A stretch of 64,000 nucleotides of DNA, taken from assembly GCF_964204645.1 (NCBI RefSeq), contig NC_134025.1, forward strand, positions 5,464,871-5,528,870. The letters are read 5' to 3'. Under the pieces are notes generated by a model. It saw only the letters and a list, made by a program, of their open reading frames with translations. It searched no databases and was not told the origin of the DNA. Positions 1 through 13,600 of this stretch are shown piece after piece. The position numbers and the translations under genes were made by a program. The DNA comes from Tubulanus polymorphus. Its lineage: Eukaryota; Animalia; Nemertea. How positions within the stretch are numbered: position 1 is the stretch's first letter; every line of letters starts with the position of its first letter.

Positions 1-2152
1 ATGCAGGAAATCACAACAATATTCGCACCTCCGTTCAATCATGCGTTTCTCCCACAAGACGACCGCTTTTAGCAATTGCCTGTTCTGCAATCGGGTTTTT
101 GTTTGTCTGCGTTCAAATGAAATTGACCGTTACCGTGTAATTCGAGTCGTAATCGATTCATCACTGTATGAAATATTGGCACTTTCGGTTATTATTTATC
201 TACCGTACGAATTGTGTTCGGTGAAATTTAGCTTCTGATTGTATTGTAACTGCCTTATTGTCTTGTTTCACCCGGTTTTAGTTTGAATGGAAATATTTCA
301 TCCGCGAGAAAAAAAAATCGTTATCACAAACGTCACTTCCGGTATCGCCTATTGTTCCGTTCGGCTAAACCGCCATTTTTATTTTCGTTGTAGTTTGGAG
401 AAGCTGGTGAAGGTGTTGAGAAGAAAACTTCACGGCATGTCGAACGTAACAGTGCTCGAATAGCGTCGGAGAAAACAATCGCAATCAGAGTTAAAGAATC
501 TCTTGTAGTTCCAGGAAATTGCATTCCAAGTATTCTATTCTCTTTTCTCGCTCGCTTGGATGAAGCGGCGATTGAAATAAGAATGTTTTCCAAAATGAAT
601 ATATTGTGCAGCATCGTTTTCCATCATTAGTTAGATATAGCTTTGCAGTGCTGTTTCGTGATGTGTAAACTATAATATTAATCGTAATAAGATTTAACAC
701 CGTCCGTATTTCTGAATGGTTTATGCATGTACGCGAACTTTTTCGAGTGTCCTAAAAACGTGTTTATGGTTTGAATATGCTGCATTCCGAGATAAATCCA
801 TCTTATTTAAGAGTAGAATCATTTTTCACAAACATGTTATGCTAGACTAGATGAAGACAAACATTATTTGCAGAAAATGTGTTACCGTTGTCTTTATATC
901 TATTGAACGATTTAGTCTATAAAAGATTATATGATTAATGTTAAATATCGAGTCTTCCTATTTATATATATACGTACGTAATGTTCATGCAATATCTTTA
1001 TTCATATTATTCAGTATTTTTGTACTTAAAAAAGATTTTATCATGGGTTTTATGGTGATAGACTTTTTTTCGTTTGTATTTGTGATAATTGTGCAATATA
1101 TAATGGCATAGATAAATTGTATTGGATTAAATTGCGAACAATCGTTTTTCTGGTCAGTAGATTACTATGTTCGAACCAAATGTTTACGAAAGCTTTAAAT
1201 TGTAGACCCACAGATTGCTTAACAAAAATAGTTAAAGTATTGATTGATAAGTTTGCATTTCGAAGATCTTTCTTTGTTTTCGTTGACAACCAAAGAAAGA
1301 AAGCCTACTTTGTTGTAGTGTAATGGCCTATTTATTGGCAAATTTTCTCCCGATGCTTTTGAACTTATGACCTCATTTGATAGATTTGTATTCCAAACAG
1401 ATTAGAATGTATTTTGCAAAAATCAAATCATTTGTTATAACTTAGAGCGTATACTATGGAGACCCAAATTTTGATATGAACAGAAAACCGTCGATTAAGG
1501 TCTTCCAAACTCTGTCACTTACGCTTCCTTAGTTCATTTTTGCTGTGAATCTTCAATATGTTGACAATATTTATTATATATAATGAAGAATATTGTCTAT
1601 ATATATATATATACCAATGTATGAATTTTTTGTGTCATGTGTGTCCGACAGTCTAAAATAAAATCTACCAGTCTCCACAAACTAAGAATCGTTGGCTATA
1701 TTTTTCTGGAAGCTTTTCTTTGTGTTAATCCTTTTCAATCAATGACACTAAGGGATATATTTATTATTAGAATAGATTTATTAGACAATAAGTACGTTGA
1801 CGCTTCATGAAATAACGCTGATTCAGATTGAAACTCCGTGTTTTTCACACAAAGAACTACCTTTTCCTTCACTTGAACTGCTCGGCCTCGATATTCTTCC
1901 TGGAATGATAAAATTTTACAACACAGGTCAGAATGATAAGTCGTACTAAAAGATTCTGTTTAATGACTACGACACAAACATATTTAACAGTATTTCATCA
2001 AACGTCGGCACATTGTCTTTCAAGTGTTGGCGACCGAGGAATTTGCAAACGTTTTAATTATTGTTTCCGGGGCCCAACGAGAACATAAAAATCTAAAACG
2101 CTGATTATTCTATTACAAATATTAATTTACTCCACGTACGGTTTTGTCGATG

Positions 2153-2184
2153 GAAAATCGCGCGCCGGTGTCGCGCGATTTTTC
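2153..2184. repeat. GC-rich hairpin: gaaaatcgcgcg-ccggtgt-cgcgcgatttttc (12-bp arms, 7-bp loop).
   Basis: Read directly. It is unusual against the AT-rich surroundings. Confidence 0.7.
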
Positions 2185-5100
2185 ATATTAATTTAGAAAT
2201 TTAAGTGTAATGTACACAACGACCATTCCAGATTCATGACTGCGCGATGTTATAACAGGCGTTTAGATCATTTGCATGTCGCCCTGTCAAAGTTAAATTT
2301 ACCTAGCTTCGAGTATATTGATCTTTCATCAGGCAATCTATTGCAATATATCGGAACACATTAACGCTCGACAAAACTACAGAATTTTCGCCAAACATTT
2401 TGTAAATATTGCAATTAACTAATTTGCCGGTTTTGTTCGACGGACGGACGCAAGAGAGGATCATTGCCACGAACAATTACGGAAAATATCATTCACGCTG
2501 CTACTACAACATTTTAGCTGCATCCGATTTTCTTTGATCTCGCATTTCAGTTTGCTCAATTGCGTACGGTCAGTCGGAGTAGATGTGAATGTGGATCACA
2601 TTGAAAAATGGAATTCTAATTGAATCTAATGACGATGAATCGAAATTACTGATAATGACCCGTGACTGATTATAGACATCATGAACGGCTCCACGTTGAT
2701 TTTTAATTTTTCATTAAACTTCATCATCTGCATTGTCTACCGGGTCCCAAACATAGCTACCTCCGCGTTTTTAATGAATGTACGCCGTTTAAGAGTTTAT
2801 TTCACAGAGGGAAAAATAGAGCCATTCGCTCGATACCATGGAGACATAACCTGTCATATTAGAAAAAAAAATCAGAATTGACATCCGGCGACAAAATCCA
2901 CTTCAAAATTCATGATGCTTATTTTGTGCAGGCGTATTGAAATCTCAGCGTTAGGTTGAGTATATTTTCGCTTTGGTTGTTTATTAAATTCGACGGCAAC
3001 CTGGCGATTAAGAGCGTTATCCCAAATTATACAATGTTGCGATACAAAGCTTTTTCTTTTCGGGGATGATGCACCAAAAAAAGAACGCGCGTGCACGGAC
3101 GTATGTCCGGACGCCGAGAGCTACAGGTGCCGGCAATCGTCCATAATTAATTACTAAATCAGCGGTGGGAAGTAGGGGGAAATTTTTACTACTTCATCAT
3201 TTCATGTCAGAATGATACAACGCGTAATGCCCTGTTAGTCCATTTCACTTTGTTTTTAGCGGAGTCATTTTCACAAAGTGTCAATAGTTGATAAATGACG
3301 GATCTTTTTGTAGGTTTGTTGCAGCCACCGCCGCTTCGGCATTTTCTCACGCATCGCGCCTGATCTTTCAAACCTTTTAATTAAATCCTAATTAGGACGA
3401 TTTTCTAAGAAACAGGCGCGCTAATAGTTATGGCAAGCAAGACGTCACGTACGCCAGCGAGATATTAGGATTGCGAGCCGTCACGACCAGGCACCCGGAC
3501 CTCGGTTTACTCCGAGTTTTCTGGTCGTCGGCTCGATCCATCAACCTCGAATGACAGTACAGCAATTTACTGCAATGATCATCTCACACAAACGCCCGTT
3601 TTACGGTGGCGTCTAACAAATAATGTTTTGTTTATCTATTTGAGAAATTGCAGAACTTTGTTGATTTTCTAGCAGCCTGACGAATCGCTTAATAATGATC
3701 GGTGACACAGCGCCGCAAATTTAGATCGTATCAATTCATTATCGAATACAAATGTCGACACGAATTTATTCGGGATCATTTCGGCTTTTGTCAAGATTCT
3801 TGACACCCTGCGAAACACCGCCGGAAGTTCAAATCTAACAAAAAGCCACCCAACGTTAAACATTTTCTTTACGCTTTTGTCAATAAGAGCGAAAAAAAGT
3901 CGCCGCGTATGAAATATAGCGGATTTCCATTTTCTGTGTCTGATGTGTGAAGAATTGATTTTCTGCTACAGTCGGGGTGACTGAAATATTTCTCCACCAC
4001 TTTGGCGGCTAGACATTAATAATGTATTCGTTAAAACAATGATCAATACAAAACAATTAGAGGCGAAAGCGAAAACTTGCATTGACAGGTTGGAAACTGT
4101 ATTAAGAAGATATATCGTGTTGCATTGGATTCCGTTTCTTGGATTGTTTTTGCGTTTGAAACCTAATACCGAAGACGTGGTCGCCTATACTTGCGATAAC
4201 ACGGACTTCGCGGTGCAAACGTGCTTTTCTGATGAAAATGATTATGGCTACGAATATTTTCTGAATCCGGAACGTGCGGCGCATGCGGGTCGATGTGGTA
4301 TCGCATTTTGAGTATTCTACGCGAGTAAAAGGAGGATGAAAATGTGTCAGATGTTTCGGAGGCGTTCGTCGCCGTCGACTGACTTGAGTAAACTTTTCAT
4401 CATTTCCATTTAATGGGCAACACACTAACATGAGGCAGTTTTAATGAAAACGGCAACACGATACGGCTTCAGTTTGTTCAATGCATATATTTGATCAAGG
4501 GAAAGCTAAACTCAGGCAATCGATGGTCGCAACCTGCATAGCCATATCGGATCAATAGCGATATGTACTGCTATAGCCACGTGGCTTTTCATATTACCCA
4601 ACAGATTTTATAATTCAGAATAATTGCTTCCTTCAATGAAGGTTATAATTATTTAAGTATAGGGAAACCTTGTCGGTGTGGCGATTCTCCCAGGTGGGTT
4701 ATCGGGCAATATGGTGGGGTTTGATCACTCATTTTCCAAATTTCCAATTTTTACGTTAAAAATCCTTTTTGTTCATAACACGAAATAATTCATCCTTATA
4801 TCTTTTTAATGCATGTGATGAAATAAACAGACCTTTTCAAATCAAATCGGTGTTTGTGATTTAGCATTGGCTCCATGGTTATCGTAAGTTTTAATGTAGA
4901 TCTATCTGATATGTATTTGAATATTGTGATTTATCATATTCCTCATTTTGGACCGTTGTTTAATCCTGACAAATCATCTCCTTTAAACTTTCTTTGCGTC
5001 AAAAGTCAGTCGAAATTCCATTATTCACATCGAAATAACTACGAGAGAAACGCTATTTCAAACGAGTTTCATATCGAAATCAGTCTCATTGTACCGCGGG

Positions 5101-8100
5101 TTGAATCACTTTACGAGTCACAATGACAAATTTAATCCTTTTAATTAAAACCGATCCTCACAATAGAGTTTTTAAGCTGAGAGTAAACTTCGCCAATTCT
5201 GCTGTCATAATTTGTTAAAATGATGATGAAGTTATTCTCATCGACTTCAAGCTACTCGTCGTCTTGTTTTCAAGAGACAATGAATCTTTTAGATCTTGTT
5301 CTGTACTCTGAGGTCAGGGTAGGAGGGTGTACAACTGTTCGAGTTCTTAAAACGTTTGAAGCTATTCAAACTACTTTAGCACGTCTCTATTTCAAACTAC
5401 AGATCATGATAAAAAATCGTGTTTCAAATCAGGGACATCACTCCCAAACTTAACGTTGTTATGGGTAACACATCCGTGTTATCCTCCTACTAGAGCGCCG
5501 TACAGGATCTCTTGCGAATGTTTTATGTGGTTTTTTCGAAATCGAATATTCCAAAAGTCTCAAAATAAAGAGAAGAAATTGCTTGGGTGTTACATTGAAT
5601 TTCTTCTGGTGCTGTGTGTCATCCAGACAAGAATGCGAATTGAGATAATTTTGAGTTAGTATTGACACTGGGATTAGGTCTCCCCCAATTCATTTTATTA
5701 GATATTTTCTCCTTTCTGCAAGTCGGTATCGTCACGTTTTTGGCGTTCCCCTCGGAACTGTAATCTACAGCAACTCGGTTATCTATCACTGCGGCAAGAT
5801 TCATTACGCGATCCGTGGAATTATTAATTTGATTTGAACATGGGGCCCCATGTTTACATTCGTGGATTGAAATTAGTTGCGCGCGCTCCGCCAGCGCCGG
5901 ATATTCGCCAAGATGGTCGTGGAAAAGCGATAACTTGTCAATCGGAACGCCAGGCACGTCTGCCAACCACCTTAACGCGAACAACCGACATATGTAGAAT
6001 TAGAAGACACCAAACGAAAGTAAATAAAGTCAAATCGACGATGAACATGAAAAAGTAAATTACTTCTACTGCGTTGCACCCGTCCTCTCTTAAATATGCA
6101 ATTACGTTGATTAAGGCCGACGATTTACTTCGTAATTGAGTACGCCTCTGGCGCGCTTTCCCAGTTTTTCGAAGCACGTTCAGAACACTAAACACGTTCT
6201 TCGGAAACTTTTTATACGTCTCTGGGCAGTGGACTCAAACTCGAAACTCCGTCCGCTTGTTTGCTTCTTGTATTATAAATAGTAAACACACGTTCGGTAA
6301 ATATGAACTTTTATTATCGCATAGTAAGTTCACTTCATTAATAACGAATAAATAATCACCAGCCGAAGACGAGCCGTCCTCCGCTATTCAACCGAAATTA
6401 TACGGTATGATTTTACAAATCATCTGTAAACACGAAACCGATTCTCCTTCAAGAATATACACGGTCTCGTCTGTGTATATGTTATACTTGAGGTGCGACC
6501 CTAACAAACACTTAGACAGCTTACCATTTATCAATAATGTTTTTTGACACCCGACTTCGCCATACTTATTGTCTAGGTTGTAACGATTAAGGTTAGCTCT
6601 TTCGGCGTGCTTTATAGACTTCGACTTTTCATTCAAATCGTTTCTAGTCATTCATGCTACATTCTTCGCTTGAATTTCAGGGAACTATATAGAAAAAAGC
6701 GACCGAATGCGGAATTATTTAATCGTGGTTTATTATAATTTTTCGTCAATGAATATGATTGTTGTACAAAAGTAATGTTCACTCAATTGCATCCATTCAC
6801 GCTTTCTTTGTGAAGGTGTTTGCCTCAAAAATAAAACCGAATAGAAACTGAATTTATGTGCGAGTATTCTTTATTACTTTTTGAAATGTCTTCCTTCGTC
6901 GGTCTATTGAATTTTCTTCGGGTGTTCTTCGTGAGAGTAAATTTTGCCTATTGAACACGCACGCTCGAGACCACCTACGAGTAATAAAACAACCCCTAAA
7001 ACGTGCGTTTCTCTATTCATATATACATGGAAGTTAATTCGGTTATTTTCACCCCGCCTGATGCGTAATATTTGCGAATTAGCAAGTGAATTAATGTTAT
7101 TCTAGTAATTATTTGCGAGATATTCACGCGTTTATTATAGAACTACGAAGTTCTCATGTGTCAGCAACTCTTGGCCACGAAGCATCAATACGATTTTTGG
7201 GAATTCTAAAAAGAAATACCGAAGACTACCCCCTTATCAAAAATGATGTCAGAAAAAAATTTAAAATATGAATAATCACCCATAAAATATGAATTATGTG
7301 TCTGGCACACTTAGCAGTATCTGCGACAAGTAATGCCGTGCAATGATCTTGTATTACCACTTAAATTACTGCGGACTTGTCAACTTATATTGTTACTAAT
7401 ACATGATTTATATTGCAGCGAATAAACAAATTTCACCCAATTTATTCAAAGCATATATAGTTAATAATAATAATTGTATTTGCATACGATAACGGTACAA
7501 CAATTCGCATAGCCGGATCACATGTCACTTCCGCCTTAAAACTAGCCAAATTAAGCCTATAGCCCTCATTAACATAACCATTATCATAATATGGCATTTA
7601 GACTGGAATGATATAAAATGCAGAATGTGGCTCTATCTTCGAAAAGTATTTTTTCAGAATTTTCAGCAGATTTTAGTATTAATTTTTTCCATTGATTTAC
7701 GAGAGGGCCTTAGTGTGTGTGATAAAATGGATTTACGAGTAATATTATGATTAATGGTATGTTGACTTATTCGTCTAAAATAAATAGAATATTGATCTCT
7801 ATGTATTGGCGTTGGGCAGATATGTGATCGAGTGTCAAGTAGTAATAAATTCAAAATATGTCAATATCTTTAACAAATAAACAAATCCCGAAGAAAGAAG
7901 TAAAGGGTAAATACCTCAGCTATTCACATTTATCGAATTTCTTGGAAGAGGTGATAGTCAGTCAACCAGTCAATTAATACATAAATAAAGTCTGCTTGAT
8001 CAACTCAAGGATATCAAATTATATAGTGTTCTGTACCTAGACCCTACCTGTTTATGAATATGTTGCCTATACTATCGATCTTCGACTAAATATATGATTG

Positions 8101-10550
8101 GTTCAATGCCATTTGAGCTTTTGAAGATTGCACTTTTGTAAAAAAGCAGCAGACAAACAAAGCGTAATTCTTTTATATCAAAATCGTTTGGAAGTAGGCC
8201 CAAGCGGTTTGTGATTCCTCAATTCTGGCAAAATGAGGGTAGATATCGCAACATCTGGCTAGGCACATTTGAAGACAAATTTTCAATTTATGCAACCATG
8301 CAATTTGTCGCTGTTATATTGGTGTTTGCGATAAGGAAATGACTTCATCATCTATTCCCCGATGATTGATAGTCGTATATTGAGACCCCATTTGATTAAT
8401 AACCCTGATAACACTGAGTCAGCCGCTGTTTTGCATTATTATTTATGTTTATATATGGGTGGATAAAAATCAAGACAAATAAGGCAATGTATAAATCAAG
8501 AATTTTTTTTCTGAATTCAGAAACATCCTTGCTCTCTAATAACGATATGGCTGATTTTCATTACTTCATAAAAGCTGTGAAATTGAAGTGGATCAAATAA
8601 AATGGTGTCAAATGTGGTTTCCCGAACTCTGGTTTCTCGTGTATATCTTGTTGTTCGTCTTCAGTATAGAGACTGGTCTTTAAATAGGTTCGTGATCTTT
8701 GTAATGATTTTCTTCGCACAGGAAACCGCCACTTAAAACGGCATTGATTCCAAATCTATATATCGCACGACAACTTTACTTCCTGTTTGGCAGATAGCTA
8801 AACTACAAGATATCGAATTCGAGCGCTTTTGTGAGAAAAACAGGACATAGCATTTTGCTCTTTGACTTTTCGCAATACATAGGTTCCATCGCATTAATGT
8901 GACATCTTAGTCTGACCTCGTAGCGACTCAGTAAATAGCCTTATTTGCACAAACAGAATTGATAAGATATATTTCGCATATAGATAGTCACCTATAAAAC
9001 TGGGCTACGACGTAGCCCTTCTATTTACCATATTTCGCAATTATCAACGGTCTTATCTCCAATACGGACCTTACGTATACACCAAACATATTTTTAAGCA
9101 ATCTCTCGTTTGTTTGTTTGCATATTACTCGCCTGTTTATTTTGTAGTAAGTGCGATATTTCATTCAGAAATCACCTTTATTCAAACACCATCCAAACAA
9201 CGAAGAACGCTCAATAGAATCAAGAAGAATTATCTAAGGGTCGATGTTATTTCGTGATGGATTTATTACGTGTTACCCCCCTTCCGACATCTAAAGTCTA
9301 AAGGCTCGATATGTTGGCGTTTAGTACAGATTGATCAATGATTGAACCTTTCGTGCGTCAAGGTCTCCTAAAAAATACCTTCATTAGATATATGGCTCTC
9401 GGCGAAATAACAAATATTTCGTTTCAATTTGAGCATTTTTATCATTTATGAATTCACAAAATTATTCATTTATAAATATTAATGTATATACATCTTGAAC
9501 ATGTATATATTATATTCAAAATGATAGTACATGTACTACCATAACATAGTATTGCTCAGTTCTAGATTTTATTGGACAATTTAAATGGGAATATGAGGAA
9601 AGTAAACCTATACGATGCGTTTTATAAAACAAATTTTACGATTTTTCGAGTGGACCAGTTTATCGGGATCGGGACAAAAGTCAAGGTTTTGGGCGCAATC
9701 AGTCGATAACGTTCGATTCTGAACAATAACGCGTCAGGCGTTGCTCGCAAGATTAAAGCCGAATTTTGCCCGATTTCCTTATCAGTTACCGCGATAAACT
9801 GAAATAGCATTTTCTACGATGAATAACGTTAGTAATCCTTATGTAGAAGAATTAGTAAAATCTGAGGGATTCTTACTTGGAAACCGCTATGTAGGTTTAT
9901 TATCGAAGTATGTGACAAAGCTTTTATCTTATCACTTCGCCTTATTATGCTATATAAGTTACTTGGAACTGTATTTGCATATCAATGTAAGGTATTCCAT
10001 AAAATTCTAAATGCATCATGAATTCTAATTCGAAATATGTTTCAAGAGCTCTAGGTTCTCCGGGCGTATCAATGGTGGAAACTATCTTCGTATATGAAGA
10101 CAATCTCATTCATGCTAGAGAAAATCTATCCTCCTTTTCAGAAAATCTTGATCTAGATCTGGATCTTGAATTATTCGAAGATATATATGTCTAGAGACCA
10201 TGAACTACATTCCCGCGGCGTCCCGAGAACAAATGTCAACGATTTAAACTCGTTGAAAATGTCAAATATTTTGGCCGGCGTTGACAACGGAAAAAGATTG
10301 ATTCGCCAAACAGAGCAACTAATTTTAGAGCACTTCAAATATGAGCGTTTACAATAATATCAGACTTGAGTTTACGTTTCGAAGATTGATCGAATTAAAA
10401 ATGCGACGAAATTTGACATAAACAGGTCGATACAATGACACTTGCTCTATCAATTTGATTGATTTATCAGCCGAAAAAAGTCTGGTCACCCACGCCACCG
10501 TCTGGAAAATGCCGCAAAATTCACAAATGCAAAAATAATTCGTGCCCGTG

Positions 10551-10614
10551 TATATATATATCGCTATAATAATACGACAAAGGACAAAATACATATATAT
10601 ATATATATATATAT
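10551..10614. repeat. (TA)n microsatellites.
   Basis: tatatatata is at 10551-10560, and (at)11 runs 10593-10614. The long ORFs listed on both strands here are repeat artefacts. Confidence 0.9.
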
Positions 10615-13600
10615 TTGATAAGATAAGAGGCCTTCCGGTTGCTAGGTCTGTCGTGTTCATGACTGTTTTATTTTTCACAAATAGGAATTTAGAAAATTGC
10701 CTGCCACATCGCCTTATCATCTATTTCTACTAGGTGAACAATATAGAGTTTTTCCACGATTTTCAGACAAATGTTCGTAAAAATTTATTGCTAATTTGCG
10801 CGATTGGACGTAGATGATTCGCTCAACAACCATAATTAATAGCATGCTTAGTTTTTATTTTTTATTTTATAGCACCCCTTGGACGATGAACGTATCCTAA
10901 AACATGCAGCTTCGTCATTCGTAACCCATTATGAAATGACTCGATCACGGTGAAACCCGTGATTAACTTTTGTATGACCGGAAATTTTGAATGATTCGAT
11001 TGTTTTTGCACGACGGGCAATAATTTGTCGTCATCCGCCTCGAACAGATCAATCTAAAGCCGATGACAGGGTTTATTTGCGCGATGTCTCGCCCCAGGGT
11101 AGCCAGCCCTCTCGCCCGTGTGCCGCACGACATATTAGCGGATGAATTATCATTTGTATCGGCCAATTATCAACATATTGAATGCGATCCCCCAAATCAT
11201 AATCACCATCTTGCGATATAATTTTTCCTTGAACGCATCACAGGTAATAACCCGAGGAAACAATTTTCAATTTCAATCAAACGATTTTCATTTGCTTAAA
11301 AATCCGAAGCGTATTATTGTTATTCGTCGGACAGGAATCTAACGAATGAAAATATTTGAACGATATATTGTGTAAAGCTAGTTATTTGAGCGTGCTTCTG
11401 AAAAGGATAAACAAACTCTTGATAATTTACAACTATACTCATAAAATTAAAATAATATTTGTCGTCGCTATACCTGTCGTTTGTGAACAGCAGTAATACA
11501 TATGAATTAGCTCTATTTACGTTTACTGTTCAGCTTATCAGGCTCTTTTCTAGTCGGTAAATTTACTTACTCATTGCAAATAGATTCAAGCCATGTCTAG
11601 CAGCAATTTATGGAATCTCTTCCAATATTGATACTACTCCAGTCATTTTTCTATTCGTACTTTCTGTAAGACTTACGTCTCCGTGTAAAAACACCCAGCT
11701 TGTAATCCGCGAGATAACGGGTTTTTGCGATGTTCGCTTAAAGATCATTTTCCGTAAGGAGATTAATATAAATGAATTGGTATTTCAAATAAATCATTTA
11801 TGGTAGGTTATAAAATGCTTTTTCGTATGCTTCTCATCTATTTCATGTTCAAAACGCCAGAGATCCAACCGCCACAATTTACCTGATAGATCTTATTGGT
11901 CGTATATATCGTCTTTACTTAATCTTCAAATATAACGGAAAATTCATCTTGTAAAATTGAATTGTCAATCGTTAATGTTCCTTCTATTCGTACTCGATGG
12001 AAACAAGATCGTCGTGATCCCCATCGTAAATCTTTGATTCATTGATTCATTGTCAGAAGCGACTACTAATCATAACTCCCAAAAACTCGAATTGCTGTAA
12101 ATCCTGAAGAAAGTGCCACAATCGGCCTCGCAATCCTTCGGAACCGTTGTTTGGTTTATGTCTTGTCAAACATGCCCATCCAATCGGGCAAAGTTGATCA
12201 AGCATAATCACTACGTTTAACCGATATCTTCCGAATTTTCTCTATGTTTTATTAACGAAAATCTGCGTTGATTTACTCCCATTTTGACCATGCTGATTTC
12301 GCCGTGAATCTAGCCATTCTGTTTCCCTAAAACGGTTCATCCGATCCTTCCTCAAATATAACGACGCCTCGCAAATAATACCCGAGCAAAACCAAATAGA
12401 ATCAACCCCTATAGCATCAGCGGTGAATTTGTACTATTTTGACGTCAATAATCGTATTTGGCATGGCATCTGTTCGGGCATTTAGTACGATGATAATGAT
12501 ATAGTAGTGGTGTACCTGGCAATGTTTTTTTTCAATATCAAATAAGATATTCAATGGACGGGGATATATTGAGGGATTGCTTTCATCTTCGGTGTCTGTT
12601 TTTGTGGCAGAACACTCGATTGCACAGACATAAGTAACATAGACGGTGCGGAATGCAAAGCGACGTTCGCGCCCGTTATTGCTGTGTTTAATATCGCCAT
12701 GTTTACATGTGCCCCGGAGAAGGAAATGAACAGGCAGATTAGCTGGCGGTTTTTGCCCTGTTCTCTCTGAAGCAGGATATTAAAAATTTCACTGCTGCCG
12801 CGAATGGCAATAATGTCGGTTCTTATTTCATGAAACGGCTCGGAACGAAGCATTTAATCTGGCATCATCGAATTTCTGGCGGAGATCGAAGAAGACGGTA
12901 ACGCATAATTAGATCTAGCACTCGTCCGAGCGAGCAGTCTGCGAATTAGACTGGTCGCCGCGATCATAGAAGATTATCGAGGTAGAAATGCGATGAGCCG
13001 AGGTATTGTTCAAGTACGCGATGCGACGTTCTTTGAAGCTCCTTCGGTGTGTTTTTTCTTATTTCGTTGAGTTGTTCATTTGGTGGTCGGGTTACACGTC
13101 GGCGCTCGTATACAACATGCATAAATCATTGGCGTGTCTTTTTGTTGTTGGAATGGAATACCGATCAAAAGCGCGTATAGTGGGTTCTCTTCATTAACAG
13201 AACTGGCCAAACAACTCCGTGAAACCTGGTACACAACTGTAAATACGTCCTAAGATCACACAAAGAGAAAGATTAATATTTACAAACTCTCTCGTGTCTG
13301 AGGACTGTCATATCCTCCTTTTGTACTCGTTTGACACAGACAAGCGCGCAGCAATATCCGAAGATTCCTTCGAACAAACCTGCGACGCCCGGTGTTTACC
13401 TACACTAAAACGGCTTTTTCGCCGCATTGCCACCCAGTGAATTAAACCGCTTTTTAAACTACGCATAAAAGCGGCATTCGCGTTTTTGATAAAGTCAACT
13501 ACGTTTCATTGTGATCGTTCTATCATCGGCCTAATTCTGGAGTCGTGGCTCGTTATTCGCGACATCCCGTATATAAGCGCTAGAACATCAGTGAAAAGTT

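Noticed and set aside
10349-10733. 123-aa and 63-aa ORFs with 'IYIYIYMY' content.
   Set aside because: They are produced by (TA)n microsatellites and are not coding.
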